43,467 bases of DNA from Planctomycetota bacterium (GTDB taxonomy: Bacteria > Planctomycetota > B15-G4 > SIAN01). The notes beneath the pieces were generated by a model that saw only the letters and a program-made list of their open reading frames with translations, did no database searches and was not told the DNA's origin. Both the position numbers and the translations under genes were made by a program. Location of the stretch: contig JANNXA010000017.1 in the NCBI GenBank assembly GCA_031409275.1, positions 1 through 43,467 of the forward strand. Reading direction: 5' to 3'. Of the stretch, positions 9,790 to 20,700 are shown piece after piece. The stretch's first letter is position 1; each line of letters starts with the position of its first letter.

Positions 9790-10184
9790 GCAGCACATAC
9801 CGCGTCGTCGCGCGGACCGCCGACGATGCGTTCCGCGTTCGCTGGGCCGAACACGCAGACGACGTTGTCGTGGCTGCGCCCCGCGACCTGGAACAGCTGC
9901 AGTTCGGCGCTTCCCCCGCGCGCGCCGATCTCAGCCCGCAGAACCTCGGCCGCGTGTGCCAGGTGCTCCGGGTGCGCGACGTGGCGCGACGCGCACCCGA
10001 CGGACACGCGCCGAACGTGCTGCTCCATGAGAGTCAGATCGACGTGCGTCGCGAGCGGCACGCGCGCGACGCCGAGCAACGGCTAAGTCAAATAGCCGAC
10101 CACCGCGCCCACGACCGCGAACAAGAGCCTCAACGTGCACAGGTAGCGCAACCTCGAGCTCGTTCGCGCCTGCGGGAGGGTCAT
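9790..10184 (-). pseudogene. Truncated M28-like peptidase N-terminus
   Basis: ATG overlaps the upstream stop (ATGA); TM segment; in-frame TAG at 10083-10085; then HVRRVS...QLFQVAGRSHDNVVCVFGPANAERIVGG, resembling the M28 segment before VGAHYD. Confidence 0.6.
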
Positions 10185-11290
10185 GGGCTGGCATCCGCAG
10201 CGCGCGAGCGGTGCGCCTTGCGTCCGCCGCGCGGGACCTTGGCCGTGCACAGCTGCGTCTCGCGCAGTCGCTTGGCGAGTTCGACCGCGCGCTCGAGGAG
10301 CGCGTGCGCGCCGTCGCGCAGTTCCGTGCTGTCCTGCACGCTGCGCACGTTGTTCTCCATGTCCTCCGCCGACCAGCCGCGGCTGTGCGCGACGTAGGGG
10401 AAGGGCGGGAACACGCAGCCGATCTCGGCGAAGAAGCCCAACAAGGAACCGGCCACCGCCTGCACGTTGTCCTGGCCGCCCGTGATCAGGAAGCCGGCCA
10501 CCTTGTCGCGAATCAGCACGCGGTCGTGTGTCGTGATCTGGTTCTGCACGCAGTTCAGGCGCTCGATCATCTTCTGGTAGAGCGAGCTCGCCGCGCCCCA
10601 GCGGATCGGCGTCGCCACCAGTATCACGTCCGCCCAATGCACGAGGCCCTCGTAGACCTGCTCCATCTGGTCCTTGGGGTCGAGCTGCGTGATCGAGCAC
10701 GGCCAGGTGCAGGCGCGCGCGCTCTTCGAGTAGAAGCCCTCGCAAGCACGGATCGCGAGCGAGGAGAGCTGGAGCATGCGCGTCTCGAGACCGAGCGCGG
10801 TGCGTCCGTGCGCCAGCGCGCTCTCCAGCAGGAGCTCCGAGGTCGAGGTGCGCGGGTGGGCCGGATCCATGTTCGTGGTCGAGATGCCGAGCACGCGCGG
10901 CGGGCCGGCGTGGCGCTTGGGCTCGCGCTCGAGAGGGTGCGGATCGTGGTGGACCTTGTTGCGTTTGGTCACGGCCTCGCTGCTCACGAAGACGCGTCCC
11001 TTCTCCAGCTTCACCGCGTGACTCGGCACGCAGTCCGCGTCGTACCCCGGCTCGCCCGCGCCGCTCGTGCGCTGGAACTTGTAGTAGTGCCACGGACAGA
11101 CGACGTACTCGCCCTCGAGCTTCCCCTCGCCGAGCGGTCCTCCCACGTGATTGCACACACCCGAGATCGCGCCGAAGCGGCCGTCCTGGAAGGAGAGCGC
11201 GATCGGCTTCTTGCCGAGGCGCACCTCCTGCAGCGCTTTCCTGGCGAGCTCGTCCGCGGCGCCGACGTCGATCCATTGCTCTTGGGCCAT
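10181..11290 (-). CDS. Rieske [2Fe-2S] domain fused to a flavodoxin-like NAD(P)H-dependent FMN reductase domain
   Basis: Rieske motifs CNHVGGPL and CPWH; flavodoxin-like VLGISTT, CEGFYS...CTWPC, WADVILVATPIRWG, KVAGFLITGG. Start at MAQEQW. Confidence 0.88.
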   Translation of the reverse strand: MAQEQWIDVGAADELARKALQEVRLGKKPIALSFQDGRFGAISGVCNHVGGPLGEGKLEGEYVVCPWHYYKFQRTSGAGEPGYDADCVPSHAVKLEKGRVFVSSEAVTKRNKVHHDPHPLEREPKRHAGPPRVLGISTTNMDPAHPRTSTSELLLESALAHGRTALGLETRMLQLSSLAIRACEGFYSKSARACTWPCSITQLDPKDQMEQVYEGLVHWADVILVATPIRWGAASSLYQKMIERLNCVQNQITTHDRVLIRDKVAGFLITGGQDNVQAVAGSLLGFFAEIGCVFPPFPYVAHSRGWSAEDMENNVRSVQDSTELRDGAHALLERAVELAKRLRETQLCTAKVPRGGRKAHRSRAADASP

Positions 11291-11389
11291 CGAATTCTCG
11301 CGAGGGTCGAACGGGACCGGTGCGCGACGACTCGAGGTCGGACGCGGGCCGCAGAGTCTTCGGGCAGCAAAGCCGGGGCCGGCGCGTAG

Positions 11390-11515
11390 TGACCTGCCCC
11401 GGAGAAACCAGTGCACCTCCTCAGTGCCAGGTTGGACGCGCTCAAGGGGGCAGAGATGGGCCGGTGCAAGAAGTTCGCGCCGAAGCAGATCATCACGAGG
11501 CTGCGAGAGGCCGTC
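11390..11515 (+). mobile_element. IS3-family left end and orfA stub
   Basis: TGACCTGCCCC terminus typical of the IS3/IS407 group, then ATG 11456 MGRCKKFAPKQIITRLREA, resembling the OrfA N-terminus; truncated. Confidence 0.75.
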
Positions 11516-11606
11516 GTCCCGTCGTGCCAGTCGCTCGCTCGTTCCCTCTGGACAGCTTCTCGTCACCGGCGTTGATCGCGCACTCGCGCCGTTTGAACCG
11601 TCACGA

Positions 11607-13205
11607 CCTCAGCATCTCTCCGACGATCTCCGGAGATGGTCGGTTCGTCGTTTTCTCCAGCCTCGCCTCAAACCTCGTCGCAGGGGACACAAACAGCGCC
11701 TACGACATCTTCAGCCTCGATCGATGGTCCGGGGTCGTTGAGCGCGTCAGCGTCGATTCGTCTGGCGCCGAGGGCAACGGACACAGCGGAAGCGGTCTCT
11801 ATTCGTCGCCATCACCGGCACCAGCTGTCTCGGCCGATGGACAGGTGATCGCATTCGAGAGAGTTACGCCTCGAATCTCGTGGTTGGCGACGTCAATGGG
11901 CAGCCAGACGTCTTCGTCCACGACCGTGTCACGGGAGCGACTGAACGCATCAGCGTGGGCGTCCTCGGCATGGAAGGCAATGCCGGTAGTTACTGGCCCT
12001 CGATCTCGGCAGACGGTCGACACGTCGCGTTCCAGAGCGATGCGACGAACCTCGTTCCGAGTGACGCGAACGGTCACATGGACGTCTTTGTCCATGATCG
12101 AGCGACTGGAACGACAGAACGTGTGAGCCTGGCCTCCAGTGGCGCCGAAGCAGACCTTCAGAGCTACTACCCTATGATCTCTGCTGACGGGCAACTCGTC
12201 GCGTTCTCGAGCCTCGCGTGGAACCTGATCCCAAGCCGATCCAACGGATACCAGCACGTCTACGTGCACGACCGATCGACGGCCACCACCGAACTCGTGA
12301 GCGTTGACGAATCGGCTACGTCAATGGGGAACTACAACAGCTACTCACCGTCTATTTCGGGAGATGGGCGAGTCGTCGCCTTCATCAGCTTCGCCACGAA
12401 CCTCGTGAACGGCGACGCGAACGGCTGCTACGACGTCTTCGCCCGCGATCTGGGAAGTGGCACGACAGAGCGCGTCAGCGTGGACTCATCGGGCGCAGAG
12501 GCCGGCGCGAGCAGTTCTTACGATGGGATCCCGTCGATTTCTTCCGACGGAAGCGTCGTAGCGTTCCAGAGCGACGCGATGAATCTCGTGACCGGCGACA
12601 TGAACGGCGTGCCGGACGTATTCGTTCACGATCGAAACACTGGCACTACCGAGCGCGTCAGCGTTGATTCTGCCGGCGCCGAAAGCAAAGGCGCAAGCGG
12701 GCTGAGCGCGTCGATTTCAGGTGATGGTCATGCGATCGCATTCTCGAGCATCGCCTCAGATCTCATCCCGGCCGATTTCAACGCCGTCGAAGACGTTTTC
12801 GTCCATCAACTCTGCGCCGTCGACGCCTCCTGGTCCAACTACGGCGCCGGCTTCCCCGGCAAGAACGGCATCCCGAGCCTGACCGCCCAGAGCGACCCCA
12901 TCCTCGGCACCACGCTCTCCGTCGACATGGGGTCGTCGGCAAAGGGTTGGTCCATCGCTGCCCTGCTCGTCGGAACGCAGGAGGCCTCGATCCCGATGCG
13001 AAAGGGCGGCGACCTGCGGGTCCTCCTCGACATCGCCGTAATCATCCTGGCCTTACCGTCGACCGGCCTGACGATCGACGAGGACATCGACGACGATCGG
13101 ACGCTGTGCGGGCTGGAGTTCTTCGCGCAGTCCTTCGTCGTCGATCCGGACGCGGCGAAAGGACAGTCGGCGAGCGCGGGGTTGAAGCTGGTGCTGGGGT
13201 ACTGA
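11607..13205 (+). pseudogene. TolB/PD40-like beta-propeller protein with VLGY C-terminal module; 5' end missing, one frameshift
   Basis: Repeats PSISADGRxVAFxSxAxNLVxGDxNGxxDVFVHDR...TERVSV; +2 frameshift in GAGAGAG at 11857-11863; no signal peptide or start remains upstream. Confidence 0.85.
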
Positions 13206-13310
13206 CGGCGCCGTCCGACGCGCACGAATCGGTTCAGCTTTGCTTTTCACGCAAGCTCACGCCCGATGGCGAAGGCCTGATACCGCCTGCCAGCGAATGG
13301 CGTGACTCTC

Positions 13311-13975
13311 CCCGTGGCGTGCAACTGAACGGCCGCCCCCGAACCACGGCATTGAGCCCGACTTCTCGGCGCAATCAGCCAATCGGCCCCGAGCAGGTAC
13401 GGCCCCGCGTCCGGCCGCACGCGAAAAGCGCTCGTCGGAGCACGGTCACGCTCCTGTACGCTCGTTCGCGCTGACCGCAAGCGCGTTCGAACTGCATCAG
13501 AACGCGTTCTCTCGCCGTCAACCAGAGAACGTCTTCGAGTCCTACTCGGTCGCTTTTCGGAACCGGCCTCTTCGGGCGTCCTCGCCTCTCTCTCGCGACG
13601 CTCCTTTCCAGGAGAAGCTGTCGACCGGAACGCCGATGTTCGCGTCAGCGATGCGCTTGGCGCGGTCCGGCCGCGGCTGTTTACCGGCCCAGCGCACTCT
13701 CCGACCCGCAGCGAGTTCGTGAGCTTCCAACTCCGAAAATTCGCGTCACCGCTTGGGGTACCCGATCACCACGACGCGAACCGAGAACACGCGCCGTTTT
13801 CGGGATCGTCTTTTCTCGCGCGACAGGCGCGCCTTGGGACGACGCTCGCGAGCGCGCGACGAGCGGCCGCCCTCGACCACCGGGGCTGCAGCGCTGACGG
13901 GCGAGGAGCCCATTGGCTTCCCGAGCGATGCGGACACGCGAACTGCTCTCTGCTCGTGTTCGGCTGTTGATTGGG
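13311..13975 (+). mobile_element. Left-end copy 4; about 665-bp non-coding subfamily A element
   Basis: Starts CCCGTGGCGTGCAACTGAACGGCCGCCCCCGAACC; colinear with 26616-27285 over its whole length. Confidence 0.85.
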
Positions 13976-14123
13976 CGTCCGAGTCCAACCACGGCTCGAA
14001 AGCGAACGACTTCGCGATCGCGGTCAACAGGCCACGAACCGAAAACTCCTGGCGGCGTCGACAGCGTTGACGGCCAGGGGGCACGATTCGGACGCGGTTG
14101 AAGTCTCGCACCAGCCGCGGCAC

Positions 14124-14867
14124 GTGCTTTGCCAGAATCCGGTCGTGGGAGCTTCCCTGAAACCTAGTGCTTCGGCCCGTCACCGCAGTCGGTCGCTCCG
14201 TCCGCCACGCATCGCGGCTGGCGATCGCTTCCCTCTCGCATTGCTCGGGGTGTTCGTCGTTTTCTGGGTTGTGATGGCGATCAGTCCGCGAAGCCGACTC
14301 GACTGGTTCCTCGAGAACATGCTCGTGATCTTCGCGATTCCCCTCCTCATTCTGAACCACCGCCGTTGTCCGTTGAGCCGCATCTCGTATGTGGCACTGT
14401 TGATTTTTTCCGTGCTCCATACGATCGGTGCGCACTACACCTACTCCCACGTCCCGCTCGGGCGAGAGATCGGCGAGCGTCTGGGGTTCGAGCGCAATCA
14501 CTTCGATCGCGTGGTGCATTTCGGCTTCGGGTTGCTCTCCAGCGTGCCGCTCCTCGAAATCCAGTCGCGCATCGCCAAGTTCAAGAGGTGGTGGGGCTAC
14601 CTGCTTCCGATCGCGGTGATCGGCGCGATCTCGGCTCACTACGAGATCTTGGAATGGGTGGTCGCGGTGGTCGTGTCTCCCACGGCGGCGAACGAGTACC
14701 TCGGAACGCAGGGCGACCAATGGGACGCTCAGAAGGACACGCTGTGCGCGCTCGCCGGCTCGGTCCTCGCGATGGTTTATGCCGTCATCGCCGATCGCGC
14801 GGGCGGGCGCCGGCTCCATCAGGATCGCTGCGCGGTCAAGCGCGGCGGAACGCCCTGTCCGTCGTAG
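14124..14867 (+). CDS. DUF2238 (YjdF-like) inner membrane protein; start uncertain
   Basis: DWFLEN, LHTIGAHYTYSHVPLG, RNHFDRVVHFGFG, YEILEW, YLGTQGDQWDAQKD. Confidence 0.88.
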   Translation: MLCQNPVVGASLKPSASARHRSRSLRPPRIAAGDRFPLALLGVFVVFWVVMAISPRSRLDWFLENMLVIFAIPLLILNHRRCPLSRISYVALLIFSVLHTIGAHYTYSHVPLGREIGERLGFERNHFDRVVHFGFGLLSSVPLLEIQSRIAKFKRWWGYLLPIAVIGAISAHYEILEWVVAVVVSPTAANEYLGTQGDQWDAQKDTLCALAGSVLAMVYAVIADRAGGRRLHQDRCAVKRGGTPCPS

Positions 14868-15366
14868 CGCCCGGGCGCCGTCAAAGCTCTTTCCGCATCG
14901 ACCAGAAAGTCGTCACCAGAGAGCAGAGGTTCGTATCGAGGGAGCGGTGCCAGCGTTGGGTCATGGGTTGGCTCTCTGAGCGATTCGCGAAAGCGAAGTG
15001 CTCTCTGTGCAAATCTGCGTGTCGAAGTAGCCGCCGAAGACCGACGAGTCCGCGTCGATCCGCATCGTTGTCATCGCGAGCCACCCACTTCGTGGTGTGG
15101 CACCATCGCGCTCGACGCAGGTAGCGAGTCGGACGGCACTCCGTCCGGGCCGATGACAAGGATGTCCACGCCCAGCGCAACCGGGTCGCTGCCGACGCAC
15201 CGTCCTCCGAATGGCCGGTCTCTCCAGGAATTACAAAAAGTTCATCACGACGCGACGCCGTCGGCGGCTCCGCTCTGGAAGGGGCTTGGGAACGTCGATT
15301 GCTCTCTCTTCCACCGCGAGGCTCGACCTCGCTCCTGCGTCGCACGCCCATCGAGGTTCCGTCGTG

Positions 15367-16728
15367 ATGAATCGAAACAAGATCGTCCTGCTCGCGCTCG
15401 CCGTCGCCGGAGTCGGCGTCGCTGCAACGATCGCTCAGGAGGGGCGTCCCGGAGTGAAGTCGCGCGGCCGCTCCGGCCGCTCTCCGCGCCCAGGCGACGA
15501 GGCTGATGCGAACGCTGCCTTGCTGCTGGCCGAAGGACGCGACACCTTCCGTTACGACACCTTCGGCGACGAGGAGTTCTGGGGCGGCAAGCTTGAGCTG
15601 CACGACGCGATCAAGGGCGCTGCGCTCGGCGGGGTCGGCGGTGGGCTGAGCCCGCGCGCTGCGCTCGCACTCGGCTTGAAGGTCGACGTGGACGCATTGA
15701 CTCCCGCCGTGATCGCCGGCCTCACCGCTGGAACGCTCGACCTCGACGATCCGGCCAACACCGTCGAGCTACTGCGGCTGAATTCGGTGCTGGGACTGAC
15801 CGGATTCTTCGCCGCGGATGCTTCTCTCGACTCGATCGGCATCCAGTGCGCCCTGTGTCATTCGACGGTCGACGACTCCCTGGCTGTGGGGATCGGCCGT
15901 CGGCGCGACGGCTGGGCCGCTCGCGACCTCGACGTCGGTCAGATCATCGCTCTGGCGCCGACGGTGAAGCCGTTCGCCGACATCCTCGCGATCAGCGAGC
16001 CGACCGTCCGCGACGTGCTGAAGAGCTGGGGCCCCGGCAAGTTCGACGCGGCGCTCGTCCTCGACGGCAAGGCGTTTCGCAAGGACGGACTCTCCGGCGC
16101 GACCTTGATCCCGCCCGCCTTCGGACTCGCCGGCATGAACCTTCACACCTGGACCGGCTGGGGCTCGGTGACGCATTGGAACGCCTTCGTCGCCAACCTC
16201 GAGATGCATGGCAAGGGGACGTTCTTCGACCCCCGGCTCGACAACGTCCTACAGTTCCCGATCGCAGCCCGGAACGGCTTCGGTCACATCACGAGCGATG
16301 AAGACCGCATCACGCCGAAGCTGCCCGGGCTTCAGCTCTACCAGCTCGCGCTACCGGCGCCCGTCCCTCCGATCGGCAGCTTCGACCCGGCCGCCGCCCG
16401 GCGCGGCGACGCCCTCTTCAGCGGCGCCGCGCGCTGCTCGGAATGCCACACCGACGGCGCCGGCAGCGAGCCCGGCTGGAACATGCATCGGGCGAACGAG
16501 ATCGGCATCGACGAGTTCCAGTCCGATCGCTCTCCCGATCGCAAGTACCGCACGGCCCCGCTCGACGGGCTCTGGACGCACGTGACCGGCGGCTTCTATC
16601 ACGACGGCCGTTTCGCGACGCTGCTCGACGTCGTCGACCACTACGACGCGTTCTTCAGTCTCGGCCTCGCGGCCGGCGAGAAGGACGACATCGTCCAGTA
16701 CCTCCTGTCGCTCCCGGACGGCACCTGA
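15367..16728 (+). CDS. Exported di-haem c-type cytochrome (peroxidase/MauG-superfamily-like C-terminal domain)
   Basis: Signal peptide; two CxxCH motifs (CALCH, CSECH); RGDALF, YRTAPLDGLW, FYHDGRFATLLDVVDHY, DIVQYLLSL. Confidence 0.85.
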   Translation: MNRNKIVLLALAVAGVGVAATIAQEGRPGVKSRGRSGRSPRPGDEADANAALLLAEGRDTFRYDTFGDEEFWGGKLELHDAIKGAALGGVGGGLSPRAALALGLKVDVDALTPAVIAGLTAGTLDLDDPANTVELLRLNSVLGLTGFFAADASLDSIGIQCALCHSTVDDSLAVGIGRRRDGWAARDLDVGQIIALAPTVKPFADILAISEPTVRDVLKSWGPGKFDAALVLDGKAFRKDGLSGATLIPPAFGLAGMNLHTWTGWGSVTHWNAFVANLEMHGKGTFFDPRLDNVLQFPIAARNGFGHITSDEDRITPKLPGLQLYQLALPAPVPPIGSFDPAAARRGDALFSGAARCSECHTDGAGSEPGWNMHRANEIGIDEFQSDRSPDRKYRTAPLDGLWTHVTGGFYHDGRFATLLDVVDHYDAFFSLGLAAGEKDDIVQYLLSLPDGT

Positions 16729-17523
16729 AGACGTTGCTGCTCGCACCGGATGCCGTTTTGCCTCGGCCGTCCGCGGCGAGTCGCTGCACGGCCGCGGTAT
16801 GGCGGCGCTGCTGCTCGCCGGCGCCGGAATGCTGGTCGCAGCGTGCGTCGGTGCGATGGTCACCCGCACCGCGCGCTCGTCGCCCCGCCGGCGAATCGCC
16901 GTGCGCGAAGCGCTGCCACGCGCTGGCCGTTTCGATCTCGCCCTTCGCCTCACGCAAGGGCGTTGCAGTGAAGATCAGAACGAACGATCAAGCGGCGGGG
17001 CCGAATGTTCGTGGCGCGCCGTCCTTAATCGGCGCCAGCGCCTCCTCGATGCGATCGTGACGCGACGCTCGACTTCCAGGAAGTCGCGCCCGCGTTCAGC
17101 TGGTCGAGCAACGGGGTCATCGGCGAACAGCGAAGTGAACGTCGAGTCTCGATGAGCGGGTGAAGGTCGAGCTGCTTCCACGAGTTCGCGGTCGTGCCGC
17201 ATTCGATCCCGCCGGGCGTCGTTCCGGATGCGGGTCAGTACACCAGGCTCGCGAGCGACCTGCGACCAGCCGCCTTCCACCACAGCGAGCCCGCTCTTTT
17301 CTCGCATTGACGGATCGATCGAGAGCGCCGCGAAGATCGGCAAGTCGGTTCGCTGTTCGCATCCGACGTTTGGCGGCCCGGTCGATAAGCCGTTGCGAAC
17401 CTGCGCCCCTGTGCCGCGACGCGGCCGTCCGTGATTCCGCCTCGGGGTGCATGCGCCCGACGCCAGTGCAACAGAGGAGGAGGCCCGCGCCACTTCCACC
17501 CCCCACAGGCTGCTCCACGCTCA

Positions 17524-17576
17524 GGCTGTCGAGATCTCGACAGAAAAGAACCGCATGTCGTGGTGAGGAGCAGGGC
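17524..17576 (+). repeat. About 50-bp dispersed repeat, also at 29720-29772
   Basis: GGCTGTCGAGATCTCGACAGAAAAGAACCGCATGTCGTGGTGAGGAGCAG vs GGCTGCCGACATCTCGTCAGAAAACAACAGAATGTCGTGGTGAGGAGCAG; GGTGAGGAGCAGGGC recurs at 27575-27589. Confidence 0.75.
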
Positions 17577-17712
17577 GATTTTCGATCGACTCCTCCGGCG
17601 TCACCGCCCGTAGCGTGCAGGGAAGCGCGACGCCGGCGGTGAATTCGATGACTTCGCGGCGCGCCTGGCGGCGAGGGATCGGGTGTTCGGTCAAGCGGTC
17701 GGGAGGTGATCC

Positions 17713-20700
17713 GTGCGAGCGTTCCTCAGGATCGTCGGTGGATCGCTCGCCCTCGGCCTCCTGCCCGCGGCGCTGGCGACGGCGCAAACGGAACGAGCGA
17801 AGCGTCCGGTCAAGGTGTTCATCCTCGCCGGGCAGTCGAACATGCAGGGCCAAGGGCTCGTGCAGGCGAAGGATGAGGCGGGCCGCGAAATGCCCGGCAC
17901 GCTGACCGCGATGCTGGCCGACGCCGCCAAGGCGCCTCTGCTCGAGCACCTGCGCACCGGCGATGGCCGATGGGCGGAGCGCGATGACGCCTGGGTCTGG
18001 GACATCAGCGAGTTCGGCACCGCCAAGGGTCGGCTGGGCTTCGGCTTCGGCTGGGACCTCGGCAACAAGGACTGGTTCGGCCCGGAAGTCGAGTTCGGCC
18101 ACGCGCTCAAGGAGCACGTCGACGATCCGGTGCTGATCATCAAGACGGCGTGGGGAGGCAAAAGCCTCCACGTCGATTTCCGCCCGCCGAGCTCCGGCGG
18201 CACCGTCGGGCCCTTCTATCAGCAGTTGGTGGCAACGGTGAAGCGCGTCCTCGGCCACCTCGCCGAGGAGTTCCCGGATCTCGGCACGAGCGAGTACGAG
18301 CTCGCGGGCTTCGTCTGGTGGCACGGCTGGAACGACTTCTGCGATCCCGAGCACGCGGTGCCGGAATACGAGCAGAACCTCGCGAACTTGCTCCGCGACC
18401 TGCGGCGCGATCTCGCGGCGCCCGGCCTGCCGGCCGTGATCGGCGAGTTCACCGGGCCCTGGGGCGCCGACTGCTCGGAGCCGGCGGCACTCGCGATTCG
18501 CCACGCGCAGGCGGCCGTCACGGCGCTGCCGGAGTTCCGCGACAACACCATCTTCGTCACGACCCACGATTTCGTGCGCGCCGAGAAGGACTCGCCGACC
18601 AGCGAGGGCTACCACGAGTTCAAGAATGGCGAGACCTACCTCCTCGTGGGCCGGGCGCTCGGCGACGGCATGTGGAAACTGCTCTCCCGAGAGTCCCGGC
18701 CGGCGGAGCGCGCCGACTCGGTCATCCGGGACTTCGGCCTCAAGAGCTACGTCCGGATCTCCAAGGATCTGCCGCACTCCGAGGACCAGCCCTGGAAGCT
18801 CGTCTGCACGATGCCCTACAACTGCCAATTCCAGCCGTGGATCGCCGTCGACGCGCGCGCTGGCGAGACGCTGCAGTTCAATTCCACGAATCCGCTCGTC
18901 CTCTACCTGACGCCGACGGAGACCTGCAGCACCATCGCCGGCGCTCACGAATACGAGGCAGCGCACTGGATCAGCGGCGAGGGCGCGATCTACACGATTC
19001 CGCCGGGAGTCGTCGTCAACCGCGTGCAGTACCGCGAGACCGGATACGACACCGACATCGCCGGGTCGTTCGTGTGCAATGACGAGGACTTCAACATCCT
19101 CTGGCGCAAGGGCGCGCGCACCGCCTACCTCTGCATGCGCGACCACTTCTATGACTGCCCCGACCGCGAGCGCGTCGGCTTCTGGGGCGACGGCACGCCC
19201 GAGCTCAACCAGTGCTTCTACGTGTTCGACACGGCCTCGCATCGCCTGTGCAAGGAGCTCGTGCTACGCCCGCTCGAGCCCGACTTCTATCCCGGACAGC
19301 ACCTCGAGTTCCTGGGCGAGTACGGCCTCTGGTTCTACTACCTGCACACGGGCGATCTGGCAGCGCTCGCCGCGGTGTACGCGCCGACCCGGACGTTCCT
19401 CCTCGAGACCTACCAGTTCGGCAACCCGAAGACCTGGTTCGACTGGGGCGCGGACAGCAAGGACACGAGCATCCTCGAGACCTGCTTCGCCTACATCGAT
19501 CTCGGCACGCTCCGGAAGATCGCGCTCGCCACCGGCCATGACGCGGACCTGCCGGTCATCGACGCCCGGCGCGCCGCCATCAAGGGCGACTTCGACGCGC
19601 GCTTCTGGAAGGGCGGCTGGTACCAGTCGGCAGACGTCGAGGCACCGGACGACCGCGCCAACGCGATGGCCGTCAACGCCGGGCTCGCCGATCGCTCCAA
19701 GTGGGACGCGATCTACGCGAACGTCCTGGCGAAGACCACCAACGCGAGCTGCTTCTTCGATCGCTGGGTCTTCGAGGCGCTCTGCACCATGGGCCGGCAG
19801 GACCAGGCGCTGATCCGCATGGCCGCGCGCTACCGATCGATGATCGACGGCAAATTCACGACGCTCTGGGAGCACTACGATCGGTGGTGGGCGTCGTGGC
19901 TCAACGCCTTCGACGAGGGCTCGTCGCTCAACCACGGCTGGAACCCGCCGGCCCTCCTCCTCTCGCAAGTCATCGCAGGCATTCGTCCGGTCGCGCCGGG
20001 CTGGGTCACCTACGAGGTCCTGCCCAAGGAGGCGTTCCTGACGTCGATCAAGGTCGTCGTTCCGTCGATCAAGGGCCGCATCGAAGTCGCGATCGAGAAG
20101 ACGGCCACGAACTACGTCGTCGCGCTCGCGTCGCCGCCGCAGACCACGGCCATCGTCGGGATCCCGCGCGGTTCCTTCTCGTCCCTCGAGTCGATCGCGG
20201 TCAACGACACGCTCGTGTGGGACGGCGCGCCGCGCGGCGCCGTGGCCGGCGTCTCCTGGCTCGGCGAGGAGGACGGCTACGTCAAGTTCAGCGTCGCGCC
20301 GGGACGCTGGCGCTTCACCGGCCACGGTGCTTTGCCGCTCGCAACGCCGAAGCCGCCGCGACCGGCGCCCCGGCCCGTCGTGCTCCTCGATTCGCGGCCC
20401 TGGATCGCCTCCGCGTCGGTGCCCGACGGTTCGTTCCTGTTCAGCGGCGGCAAGATCCCGATCGACGTGGCGGCCGCCAACGCCATCGACGGCGATCCCT
20501 GGACGGGCTGGCGCGACATGACGAGGACCCAATCTCCTGGCCAATGGTTCCAGGTCGACATGCGGGAGCCGCAGTCGTTCGACCAGATCGAGCTCGACAA
20601 CACCTGGGCCGCTTGGGACTCGCCGGTGGAATACAGCGCCGCCGTTTCCGACGACGGCGCCACCTGGAGCGCCCCGATCGCGGTTGGCCGCGGGCAGCTC

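Noticed and set aside
9764..9840. GCCTAAC, an attC-like R'' box
   Set aside because: No matching GTTRRRY or attC-like stem downstream.
16730..17500. Possible genes in 16730-17500, 14870-15360 and 24910-25620
   Set aside because: Only short protein-like patches with stops; no family recognisable, so left uncalled.
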